From the NCBI GenBank assembly GCA_963706285.1, contig CAVPLU010000010.1:196087-260086 (forward strand): DNA of 64,000 nt, in the 5' to 3' direction. Made by a program: the position numbers and the translations under genes. This document shows, in pieces, positions 21,476-30,694 of the stretch. The stretch is from Candidatus Bathyarchaeota archaeon (GTDB taxonomy: Archaea; Thermoproteota; Bathyarchaeia; 40CM-2-53-6). How positions within the stretch are numbered: position 1 is the stretch's first letter; each line of letters opens with the position of its first letter. The notes under the pieces were generated by a model that worked only from the letters and a program-made list of their open reading frames with translations, ran no database searches and was not told where the DNA came from.

Positions 21476-22874
21476 CTATAGTCTTCCTCCTCGGGTCATT
21501 CTCTTCAGATCTAGGATTCGATCGACTTCGTCGTTTGGAATGCCCTCTTCCAACATTGCCTCACGAATTGTCTTGTTCTCTTCTTGTGCCCTCTTCACTA
21601 TCTGGGCAGCACGGTCGTATCCAATTGTTGGAGCGATGGCAGTCACCAATGCGTAGCTTCTCTCAGCGAGGTCTTCACATCGACTACGGTTCGCCTTTAT
21701 TCCGTCTATACATTTCTCGGCGAGAACGGTGGCCGCGTTTGCTTCTATCCCTATTGACTGGAGCAAGTTGAAGGCGATGAGCGGCATCATCGTATTGAGC
21801 TCAAGCGTTCCTGACTGGCCGGCGAGCGTGATCGTTAGGTCGTTCCCGATGACTTGTGCACAAACCATGTTCACAGATTCGGGCACCACGGGGTTTACCT
21901 TTCCAGGCATAATACTGGAGCCAGGCTGGATTGCAGGCAGCTCAATCTCGCCAAGTCCAGTTTTTGGGCCGGAACTGAGCAGGCGGAGGTCGTTTGCTAT
22001 CTTCATCAAACTGACAGCCACAGAACGGAGGGCGCCGCTCGTCTCCACCGCGGCATCGCGATTCTGAAGTGCTTCAAACCTGTTCTTGGAAGGACAGAAT
22101 TTCATTCCGGTGATATCATTGATCTTCTTTACTACCAGTTTCCCGAAATCTGGATGCGCATTCAAGCCAGTTCCGATCGCCGTTCCGCCGATTGGGAGTT
22201 CCAGAAGTGAACCTGCTCGACTTCTCGATTCGCTCGATTCCATGGGCGATCATGCTGGCGTATCCGCTGAATTCCTGGCCTAGTGTGATGGGAACTGCGT
22301 CTTGTAGATGCGTTCTTCCCGGCTTCACCACATCAGAGAATTCTCCAGCTTTCTTCTCAAGAGCCAAGGCGAGTTTCTTCAATGCCGGCAGGAGATCGGT
22401 CAAGATCGCTTCTGTGGCTGATACGTGAATAGCGGTTGGGAAGACATCGTTTGAGGATTGGCTCATATTCACGTGGTCGTTTGGGTGAACAACTCCTTTG
22501 TCACCTCTATTGCCACCCAAGAGTTCTATTGCACGGTTGGCAATCACCTCGTTCGCATTCATGTTCGTTGAAGTTCCAGATCCTGTTTGGAAGATCTCAA
22601 CAACAAACTGCTCATCGAACTTTCCGTCCGCAACTTCCTTAGCGGCCTGAACGATTGCCTTTCCCTTGTTTTTATCAAGAAGGCCTAGCTGCATGTTCAC
22701 GTCGGCCGAAGCCTCCTTGACAATTCCAAGGGCTCGGATGAACCTTCTAGGGAAGACCAGCCCAGATATCTGAAAGTTCTCGAGTGCCCTCTGTGTCTGA
22801 GCGCCATAGTATGCGCTCGCCGGAACCTTGACGCTCCCCATAGTATCTTGTTCAATCCTGAATGATTGGCTCAA
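21476..22874 (-). CDS. fumC: Class II fumarate hydratase, frameshift near 22230
   Basis: [43 protein letters not shown] and [11 protein letters not shown]. Confidence 0.93.
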
Positions 22875-23134
22875 GATAACCGACCCTTAGCTCCAATTAG
22901 AGCGATGACCACAATTAACGTTCCCATGAACCAAAGCCCAACGACTGCGGTCCCCTTGGTCAAGACTGCTAAGCCTCCTGCCAGATCCCCACTGACACGT
23001 GAGTGACGATCGTTGTCCTTGCCGTTGCTCAGAGACTGCTTTCTGAGACATGCCACATTTTGGGTACCTGTGATCTGGCCTTAGGACATGGAGACACAGC
23101 AAGGACGCTCGGTGAGTCTTAGCGAGGAATTGAG

Positions 23135-24579
23135 CAAGAAACCCCACAGCTCTTTAGGGGTGGGATGAATTGCGTGTCAGTCTTCAGGCTGACCGATTCC
23201 GCATGATAGTTTCACGCATCTCTTTACGCTTTAAGCAGTCACGGCGAGAAGGGTTGTGAAGTTGCAGGTCATCAAGACCGTTCGCATACCTGTTCACTAC
23301 GCCGTCACGAAGCGTAAACGCTCTATTCTGGATTCGTTGACGGCGCGAACCACATACGGGGTCTGGTTATGGTCGAAGCTGTTCAAGGAGCATAAGCTGA
23401 AGGGCTCCTACGCGGATAGGCGACGATTCTACGAGCAGGTCAAAGCGGACGCGAAGCTTGGCTCGCTCACTCAATGCTGCTTCGATACAGCCTCGTGGAT
23501 GTGGCGGAGCTACCATGAAGCGCACAAGGCTTGGCGTAGGAACGTTGCGATCGCCAGACGTGAAGGCAAGCATAGGTGGCTTCGCAAGCTCCTACGACGC
23601 GAACCACAAGAACCATTCACGAACGGCATGAACGGCAAAGTTCCGATATGGTTTGACAGTCGCTTCGGCACGATTGAACAGTCGAAGCACATCAAAATCT
23701 GTTCATATGTGGCGCGTGTCTCAACGCTCCGTCGAGGAGTCAAGCTGACGATTCCATTGAATCCTGCCAAGCATCATCAGGACATGTTTCAGCATGGCAC
23801 TATGAAGAGCTTTCAAATCATCAAACGGGATGGCAAGTATTGTGTTCATGTGAAGATGGAATCCGTGGTTCCAGATCAGCCCGTCTATGCAGTACGTGGA
23901 ATTGACCTTGGAGTGAAGCGGTCAATCGCATCCGTGATGCTGAAGCCGAATCAGCCTCTAAGGTCCAGTGACTTCACAATCCAGACGGACGGGTTGAAAC
24001 GAGATCGGCTGAACCGCCTAGAGAAACGAGTAGCAGAACTACAGCGTGCAAAGAAGTGGGAACCACTAAAACGTATCCGACACAAGCGACTACACCTAGG
24101 CGAATACTATGACAGACTAGCAGCAAAGCAAATTGCCGTAACATCACAGAACTGTCTCGTCGCAGTCGGCTATCCGAAAGGCATCAAATATGAGAACTTC
24201 AAAGGCAACGATAAGGCAAAGCTTCGCAAAATGCTCGCCCGTTGGACGTATGGACGAGAAATCCGCTACATCCAGGAAGAATGCGCGAAAGTCGGTGTTC
24301 CAATAGAAGCAGCAGACGAACGTTGGTCCAGTCGAACATGTCACCGTTGCGGTTCACGCAATACCGAACGCATCACGCAGAGCATCTTTCACTGCTGGAA
24401 CTGCGAACATATCTACAACGCGGACTTCAACAGTAGCATCAATATCGGGTCGCGTTTCTTGCCAAAGGCCACGACTCGACAGGCCACAGATGATTTGGCC
24501 TATACTGGGAATGAACAGGCAAGAGAAATAGTAGCCTGTGAGCCCAGAAGCCCACACCCATTCATGGGTGGGTAATCAC
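23135..24579 (+). mobile_element. IS200/IS605-family non-autonomous (tnpB-only, IS1341-like) element
   Basis: Left end TTGAG|CAAGAAACCCCACAGCTCTTTAGGGGTGGGATGAATTG and right end GAAGCCCACACCCATTCATGGGTGGGTAATCAC. Both have subterminal hairpins; no tnpA is present. Confidence 0.85.
23256..24575 (+). CDS. tnpB: TnpB RNA-guided endonuclease
   Basis: RuvC-I GIDLG, Zn finger SRTCHRC...CWNC, RuvC-III NADFNSSINI. Confidence 0.93.
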   Translation: MKLQVIKTVRIPVHYAVTKRKRSILDSLTARTTYGVWLWSKLFKEHKLKGSYADRRRFYEQVKADAKLGSLTQCCFDTASWMWRSYHEAHKAWRRNVAIARREGKHRWLRKLLRREPQEPFTNGMNGKVPIWFDSRFGTIEQSKHIKICSYVARVSTLRRGVKLTIPLNPAKHHQDMFQHGTMKSFQIIKRDGKYCVHVKMESVVPDQPVYAVRGIDLGVKRSIASVMLKPNQPLRSSDFTIQTDGLKRDRLNRLEKRVAELQRAKKWEPLKRIRHKRLHLGEYYDRLAAKQIAVTSQNCLVAVGYPKGIKYENFKGNDKAKLRKMLARWTYGREIRYIQEECAKVGVPIEAADERWSSRTCHRCGSRNTERITQSIFHCWNCEHIYNADFNSSINIGSRFLPKATTRQATDDLAYTGNEQAREIVACEPRSPHPFMGG

Positions 24580-24599
24580 GGAAGGTTTAATTCCTAATT
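24400..24599 (+). ncRNA. Predicted omegaRNA/reRNA (scaffold overlapping the tnpB 3' end, guide from the flank)
   Basis: Inferred from established TnpB architecture and the right-end hairpin ending in TCAC. The 5' boundary is a guess. Confidence 0.5.
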
Positions 24600-24631
24600 T
24601 GTTCTGCGATAGCCGCTTGCCGGTTCAAGTG

Positions 24632-25135
24632 ATGTCCAGAGAGTTCAGACACATAGTTCGTGTTTCAGGTACCGACATAGACGGCTCCAAGAAGCTCGTC
24701 TACGGTATTATGAAGATTCGCGGGATAGGTCCGAGCTTTGCCGCTGCGGTTGTTAAAGCGGCAGAGTTGAAGCCTGAGGTGCGGGTTGGAAACCTAACAG
24801 AGGAAGAAGTTGATCGCTTAGAGGATGTCGTGAAGGATCCCGCAAAGTACAGCCTTCCACCGAGACTATTCAACCGTAGGAAGGATTCCGATACTGGGAG
24901 AGATGGCCACTTGATCGGCCCCGACCTAGCCTTGCGAACTAAAGCTGACATTGGCTTCATGATGGAAATACGCACATGGAAGGGCGTGCGCCACTCTCTT
25001 GGCCTGAAGGTTCGAGGGCAACGTACAAAAAGCACGGGCCGGAAGGGCCGAGCAGTCGGAGTCAAGAAGAAGGCTGCGATTGAAGCAGCTAGGGCCGCCA
25101 TAAGAGAAGGAAAGGCTGAGGACAAGAAGAAGTAA
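24632..25135 (+). CDS. rps13: 30S ribosomal protein uS13
   Basis: FRHIVRVSGTDIDG, NRRKD and WKGVRHSLGLKVRGQRTKSTGR. Confidence 0.97.
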   Translation: MSREFRHIVRVSGTDIDGSKKLVYGIMKIRGIGPSFAAAVVKAAELKPEVRVGNLTEEEVDRLEDVVKDPAKYSLPPRLFNRRKDSDTGRDGHLIGPDLALRTKADIGFMMEIRTWKGVRHSLGLKVRGQRTKSTGRKGRAVGVKKKAAIEAARAAIREGKAEDKKK

Positions 25136-25158
25136 CAATCAGACGGAGATAGCGTGAT

Positions 25159-25716
25159 TTGGGAGATCCGAAGAAGCAGAGAAAGAAGTACGCGACACCA
25201 CGTCATCCATGGCGTCGAGACCAGCTCGACGTCGAGCTTAGGCTCATGGGTGAATATGGACTCAGGAACAAACGGGAGCTCTGGCGATACAAGACCATGC
25301 TCTCCGAGATGAGAGGAATTGCACGCTCGTTACTTGCCAAGTCTGGCGCAGAACGGGAGAAGTCTGAACGAGACTTCCTCTCGCGCCTGAGAAGGATGGG
25401 ACTAGCTGGGGACACAACAAGCATCGACGACACCCTAGACTTGGACATTCGGGACCTACTTGAGCGAAGACTACAAACAGTGGTCCTCCGCGGCGGACTC
25501 GCCGGTTCAGCCTCACAGTCTAGACAACTGATATCACACGGTCACATTACCGTCAGCGGACGTGTTGTCACAGTTCCCGGATATCTGGTAGCCAAGGCGG
25601 ATGACGAAGGGGTGAGATACGCGGCTGAGAGTCCCATCGCGAAGAGCGATCACCCAGCACGTCAATCCCTCAAAGGGCAACCGACAGAACCAGCCTCACC
25701 AGTGCGCAGCTCTTAG
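25159..25716 (+). CDS. rps4: 30S ribosomal protein uS4
   Basis: MGDPKKQRKKYATPRHPW, YGLRNKRELW, LERRLQT and RQLISHGHI. Confidence 0.97.
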   Translation: MGDPKKQRKKYATPRHPWRRDQLDVELRLMGEYGLRNKRELWRYKTMLSEMRGIARSLLAKSGAEREKSERDFLSRLRRMGLAGDTTSIDDTLDLDIRDLLERRLQTVVLRGGLAGSASQSRQLISHGHITVSGRVVTVPGYLVAKADDEGVRYAAESPIAKSDHPARQSLKGQPTEPASPVRSS

Positions 25717-25792
25717 CCTGGAACCGCGCAGCAGATAAGCTGCGTCGCGTCTCCACAAATCCGCAGAAGGCTGCAAGAGGAAGGTAGGCTGA

Positions 25793-26338
25793 TTGGATCT
25801 TGGATTCTTTGTCCAAAACCTTCCATTCGTGCTCCTAGTTGTCGGGTTCGTCTGTCTTGCTCCCCTGTTCAGGGGTTCATTCAAACCGATCTCTCGCGTC
25901 TTAGTCATAGTGGGATTTTTTCTCGGAATCTTCGTGTTGGTGCTCGTATACGAGGTGTTCTCTAGCGGGCACTATGATGCGTTTAGCCTAGGTGTTCTTG
26001 GGGTCGCTGGTCTGATGCTGTTTCTGCGACCTGTTAGAAATGTCCGCTGGGCTGCGTTGGTAGGTTTGGCTGTGGGTTTGCTGGCATCATATTATGCATA
26101 TAGCGTCGTTCATGTGACGACCACTGTGCTAATCATAGTGTTCGTCGCAGCAACGCTGCTGTTGTATTTGCTGTCCAAGTTCGCTGAGGATCTGCTCGGA
26201 ATCATCGGAGGTATCTTATCATTTCCTCCGATCGCCATCATTATTGGCATAGTATGTATCGTGCAAGCCATTCTCATTCTAATGGGAACGAGCCTGATGG
26301 CTTACGTCCCACAAGTGCATTTCTGGCCGTTTGCGTAG
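25793..26338 (+). CDS. Hypothetical membrane protein
   Basis: 181-aa highly hydrophobic ORF with about six TM segments. Confidence 0.75.
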   Translation: MDLGFFVQNLPFVLLVVGFVCLAPLFRGSFKPISRVLVIVGFFLGIFVLVLVYEVFSSGHYDAFSLGVLGVAGLMLFLRPVRNVRWAALVGLAVGLLASYYAYSVVHVTTTVLIIVFVAATLLLYLLSKFAEDLLGIIGGILSFPPIAIIIGIVCIVQAILILMGTSLMAYVPQVHFWPFA

Positions 26339-26424
26339 GCTCATCTTGTGGTGTTAATCGATCAAGGCCGTAGAAGAATCGTCAACTGGACTCGAATGCA
26401 TTGAGATCTCCAAAGTGATTGATG

Positions 26425-26600
26425 TCACTTCATTTGTGAGAGCAGTTGCTTCCGTATCTTCGCAACGAGAGTGTACAGTGAGTCGACAATCTGTGAGATC
26501 TCAAGATCGCCTGCGACACTGAGTAGCATGTAGGCCTCGTACTCTTCCGCTCCATAATCAGTTACGAGTAGTTTTATCAGCTCTCGAACGCTGTTCAGGC
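26425..26600 (-). pseudogene. Acetamidase/formamidase C-terminal remnant
   Basis: EAYMLLSVAGDLEISQIVD matches the family's C-terminal signature; the N-terminal part is absent. Confidence 0.7.
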
Positions 26601-26616
26601 AGGAGGAGGATTTGAG

Positions 26617-26832
26617 ATGGCTTCCGCAGGAAGCACCACAGTCAAAGATGCTATCCCGAAGTATCAATCCATGCTAGGATTGCATGGCCACATTCATGAG
26701 TCGAAGGGCACATCCAAGATCGGCCGAACGCTATGTCTGAATCCAGGGGCTGAGTACATGGAGGTGCTACGAGGCGTGCTCTTGAACAGCGATGATAACC
26801 GCGTCAAGGATTTCCTATTCACTTCAGGATGA
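26617..26832 (+). pseudogene. Icc-like metallophosphoesterase C-terminal remnant
   Basis: GSTTVKDAI..YQ..LGLHGHIHES..IGRTLCLNPG..DFLFTSG; the N-terminal motifs are absent. Confidence 0.75.
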
Positions 26833-27350
26833 AGAAGTCAAAGGATGCGTTTCGCATGGAGCGATATCACCTTCGCCGCACTGAGAAAGCGATGGACGAC
26901 CAAGGAGAGATCGAGCAGGTCCTTGCATCTGTGAGGATCATGACCGTCGCCTGCTGCTTGGAGAACGAGCCGTACCTTTTCACGGTGGACTTTGCCTGGG
27001 ATCAGCAGGCGCATGAGCTTTGGTTCCACTGCGCTACAGAAGGTCGGAAAATGAAGATCCTTCAAGCTAACCCTCGCGTCTGCGTTACTGTAGTCGAAGA
27101 CCGAGGTTACTTGGAAGGCGAATGCGACCATGCCTATCGTTCATTGATTCTGGAGGGAAAAGCGTGCGTAGTCAGCGATCTTTCCGAGAAGCGACGTGCG
27201 CTCGAACTGCTCTCCCGTAAGCATGAACGCCAGCCAGAGGCTGTTCTCGCTCGACTTGCAGGCAAGGATGAAGAAGTGCAGAAGGTCGCAATAGTAAGGG
27301 TCTCCGTTGACTCTATCAGTGGAAAGCAAGGCCCGGCGCCGAAGGAATGA
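26829..27350 (+). CDS. Pyridoxamine 5'-phosphate oxidase-like flavin-binding protein (NimA-like)
   Basis: PYLFTV, FHCATEGRK, NPRVC, YRSLILEG and ISGK. Confidence 0.88.
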   Translation: MKKSKDAFRMERYHLRRTEKAMDDQGEIEQVLASVRIMTVACCLENEPYLFTVDFAWDQQAHELWFHCATEGRKMKILQANPRVCVTVVEDRGYLEGECDHAYRSLILEGKACVVSDLSEKRRALELLSRKHERQPEAVLARLAGKDEEVQKVAIVRVSVDSISGKQGPAPKE

Positions 27351-27483
27351 AAAAGCAAATCAGCGTGCGAGTATGTGAGACCACGTACTAGTCGTATGAG
27401 CGCACGGGTCGGGTATGGTATGCCGCAAGCTGCAAACCATAAATGAACTGCTTCTAATAGGTAAGGACGTGGATGGTTCGTAC

Positions 27484-27750
27484 ATGAGTGATGACATCCG
27501 GGTCGATGATGCCACAACCGCGGAGTTTGCGGCAAGGCGCTATCTTGAATCGCAGTACCCGGGCAAAGCGATCGATGTCAAATTCAGCAAAATCTGGTTC
27601 GTAGGAGGAAAAGGAAAAGACATCTGGGAGGTCGAAGGGTTCCTATCGATGAGGAAAGCAGCGATCTTGAAGGATCGAAAGTCGTTCAAGTTCCAGATCG
27701 ACGCAGAGACGGGCGACGTGATAGGTTTCGAGAGCGTACGAAAAGGGTAA
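27484..27750 (+). CDS. Small hypothetical protein (PepSY-like tail)
   Basis: WEVEG...FQIDAETGDVIG resembles a PepSY motif. Confidence 0.6.
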   Translation: MSDDIRVDDATTAEFAARRYLESQYPGKAIDVKFSKIWFVGGKGKDIWEVEGFLSMRKAAILKDRKSFKFQIDAETGDVIGFESVRKG

Positions 27751-27902
27751 TTTCAGTTTCCATTAATTCCCCAAATTGTCTGTCTGGTATCTGAAGCCCA
27801 TGTGGACTACGTCGTCAATACCATGAACGTATCCTTCAGAACTCGAAAAAGTCTCGGGAGATCGCTATCCATCTTTGAAGCAGAATTGGCCTAATTCTGA
27901 AC

Positions 27903-28094
27903 TCATTGAAGCATGTTCGGGCAGAAGGGAAAGTCAATTACTTGGTGGCCGAGCCCCCGGTGCTTCTCCACCCAACTAGATATCTCGCCAAGATACTCCT
28001 CGCAACTTTCGCAATACGACATTTCAATACCGTCCTTCATGAGAACCATAGCACCCTCGATGATATCATGTGACATTTCGATATGTACAAGCAA
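27903..28094 (-). CDS. C2H2-like zinc-finger microprotein 1
   Basis: YCESC-x12-HRGLGH; true start probably near 28040. Confidence 0.6.
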   Translation of the reverse strand: MLVHIEMSHDIIEGAMVLMKDGIEMSYCESCEEYLGEISSWVEKHRGLGHQVIDFPFCPNMLQ

Positions 28095-28272
28095 CAGCCA
28101 AGGCTGACCTCACTAATGCTAAGCCTTCTGTCTCCTCATTTTCTAATTCATCCATAGCCGTAACTGTTGTTTTGCTTTTTCGAGGACGCGAACAACGCGC
28201 AACGAGCGTCGTGATGACCTGACAAGGACACTTGGTATAGTCTTCTTTGCTTTCCTTTCGACGGGCCTCTCG

Positions 28273-28428
28273 CTATGCCGTTTGCTCCAACTCATCCTCG
28301 TCGAACTCGTCCGCCAAATCGGGCGCCTCAAGCATCAACGTGACGACTGTATGGCCGAACCTTCGGTGTACATTCGCAGAATTAGTGCTTCCCACCTTGT
28401 GTCCGCAATTCTCACAATAGTAGGCCAT
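28273..28428 (-). CDS. C2H2-like zinc-finger microprotein 2 with acidic tail
   Basis: MAYYCENC-x10-HRRFGH...DEFDEDELE, with a TATA-like CTTAATGTATA upstream. Confidence 0.65.
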   Translation of the reverse strand: MAYYCENCGHKVGSTNSANVHRRFGHTVVTLMLEAPDLADEFDEDELEQTA

Positions 28429-28667
28429 CAACAAGATCCCTGCATGGTCTGTCATCCGCGTATACATTAAGGGCTTGAGAATCGGCGAACCAGAACAAGG
28501 TTCCATTCTGACGTGAGGGAAGCCGTGACAGAGAAGTCACTCAAGCGTGTCGTGGAGCTGTCTGTGCGCCTCCTCGGCTGAAACCTTCCGCATTCGTTTT
28601 CCGCGTTCCTCGTGTCTCACTTGGCCTGCTAGTATCAAGGCGTTGGCGGATGTGCGAAAGTAGCTTT

Positions 28668-29096
28668 CTAGCTCCCGGTCTTCCTACGCGTCAGTAGAAA
28701 GGCCGTCAGCGCGATTGCTGTGATTATCGAAGCCAATAGAATCAGCCAGTTTGATTCAGGTCCGTTTCCTAGGATTATCGGAATCGGCCCTATCAGGATC
28801 ACCGCGCCTCCGCTCGTCGAGCCTTGACCCTGCATAGCGGAAGCGATCATCATAATGACCATACCAAGGAATACCAGTGCAAAACTGGCGAAGAAGATCC
28901 AAGAGAGCCCCGTCAGAGGCACGCTCCTCAATTGTGAGGCATCTGTCTGGATGCCCGGTTCGCAGGCAGCGCAGAGCCATCGTCCCTGCTGAAAGTCTCG
29001 CAGACATACTCGCCTGCCACATCTGCTGCAGACGAACCGAGCTTCTTGACTCCCACAGATCTCGCAGCGTTGAGACAAACCGCTACCTCCACACAA
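28668..29096 (-). CDS. DUF131 membrane protein with N-terminal zinc finger
   Basis: CEIC..CSRC..C..CAAC, then GGAVILIGPIPIILG. Confidence 0.85.
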   Translation of the reverse strand: MCGGSGLSQRCEICGSQEARFVCSRCGRRVCLRDFQQGRWLCAACEPGIQTDASQLRSVPLTGLSWIFFASFALVFLGMVIMMIASAMQGQGSTSGGAVILIGPIPIILGNGPESNWLILLASIITAIALTAFLLTRRKTGS

Positions 29097-29343
29097 TCGG
29101 GAGCAGCGAAAAAAGTAGCAGCACGATCATCAAGACGATGCCGAGGAGTACTAGCATTCGAGCGGATTTCTTGTCTGTTCCGAAGACTATTGGCACAGGA
29201 CCTATCATGATGACTCCTCCACCGCGGACTCGCCCCGTTCCACTTGCTGATTTCAGGATCACGAGAAAAATGGCTAGTATTGCAAGCGCGACTCCGCAGA
29301 CTGCAAGAATTAGCCCGATGTTGAAGAGGAGGTTATCTGCCAA
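29083..29343 (-). CDS. DUF131 / TIGR00304 membrane protein
   Basis: GGGVIMIGPVPIVFGTD; start taken at TTG 29343. Confidence 0.88.
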   Translation of the reverse strand: MADNLLFNIGLILAVCGVALAILAIFLVILKSASGTGRVRGGGVIMIGPVPIVFGTDKKSARMLVLLGIVLMIVLLLFSLLPIVWR

Positions 29344-29404
29344 TTCTGGGTCGCGCTTGACAGTTTCAAGAGATGATATAGGCTTTCCTCGAACCGCTAG
29401 CTCG

Positions 29405-30457
29405 CTATTCGATGATCTCCCATGATGACTGATACTTGTCCAGCTCTGACAGACTGTACTCGTCAAGTGGATGCTCGCGTTCCGGTATTTCAACAGACTT
29501 GGCTTCGCCGCACAGCTCAGTTGAGAAGTATCTTTGACCCGTGTCGTTGATCATTGTCACGATAGCACGAAGCTTTGGATGCCTCCGCCCAATCTTGACA
29601 GCCGCTGCAACATTGCATCCTGAGGAAATTCCGCAGAAGATGCCTTCAGTTCTTGAAAGCCGTCGTGCCATATCTAGAGCTTCTTCTGAGGTCGTAGTCA
29701 CCACACCAGTCAGCAGCTTGAGGTGCAAGTTCCGCGGAACGAAACCGTCACCTATTCCTTCGATCTTGTGAGTTCCCCATCTTCGCTTTGCAAGGATTGG
29801 TGCCTCAGTAGGCTCAACCGCGTACAGTAACACTCTACGGTTCTTCTTCCGCAGAAACTTGCCAACGCCGGTCAGCGTTCCGCCCGTTCCTTGAGACGCC
29901 ACGAAACAGTCTACTTTGCCCTTGGTCTGTTCCCATATTTCGGGTCCAGTTGCCTTGAAGTGGGCGCCAATATTGTCTGGATTTGCGAACTGTGCTGGTT
30001 CCCAATACTTGCCAGGGTTATCTCGTTTCAAGTCCTCGATCTTCTTGATGCAAAGGTCCACATCGCTTTCGGCACCAGGCGTGTTGACTATTCTGGCGTC
30101 GTACGCTCGAATCAGCTTCATCCGCTCTTGACTCATCCCCGACGGAAGGACGATCGTTGCCGGATAGCCAAGCAATTTCGCGACAAATGCGCATGCAATC
30201 CCCGCGTTCCCTGTTGATGCCTCAAGGATCTCCATGCCCGGTTTCAGGTCGCCACGTGCGATGGCACGAGTTATCATTTCGTGGTAGATTCTGTCTTTGA
30301 GGCTGCCAGTTGGATTCATGTACTCTAGCTTCACGAGGATCTTAGGTGAGATCCCCTCAGCCCCGCGGATTTTGCGAAGCTCAACGAGAGGCGTCCTCCC
30401 GATACAGCCGAATACGTTTTCTTGCGCAAGTCGCACTCGGTCCCAACGAATAGCCAT
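29405..30457 (-). CDS. cysK: PLP-dependent cysteine synthase family protein
   Basis: IGRTPLV, KLEYMNPTGSLKDR, STGNAG, GTGGT, HKIEGIG and GISSG. Confidence 0.9.
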   Translation of the reverse strand: MAIRWDRVRLAQENVFGCIGRTPLVELRKIRGAEGISPKILVKLEYMNPTGSLKDRIYHEMITRAIARGDLKPGMEILEASTGNAGIACAFVAKLLGYPATIVLPSGMSQERMKLIRAYDARIVNTPGAESDVDLCIKKIEDLKRDNPGKYWEPAQFANPDNIGAHFKATGPEIWEQTKGKVDCFVASQGTGGTLTGVGKFLRKKNRRVLLYAVEPTEAPILAKRRWGTHKIEGIGDGFVPRNLHLKLLTGVVTTTSEEALDMARRLSRTEGIFCGISSGCNVAAAVKIGRRHPKLRAIVTMINDTGQRYFSTELCGEAKSVEIPEREHPLDEYSLSELDKYQSSWEIIE

Positions 30458-30694
30458 CTTCGTAACCAACGAAATGGGGACCCAAATTAGCTGATTAGTC
30501 TTCTGATTATCTTGTACCACAGCGCCGATGTGATTTGAAACACTTATGAGATCAAGTGGACTCGACCAAAGGAATAGTCTGCTAACGTTCTTAGAGGAAA
30601 TACTGATCGAACTGCTGAGAGTAAACTAGGAAATCGAGAGTCGTCTGGCGTCTAGGCTCCGCCAATAATTTGACTTTGTACCTCATCAGGGAGG

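Noticed and set aside
28510-28640. Possible small structured RNA (AGCCG/CGGCT enclosing GTGAC/GTCAC and GGAG/CTCC stems)
   Set aside because: The stems are short enough to arise by chance and match no family I recognise.
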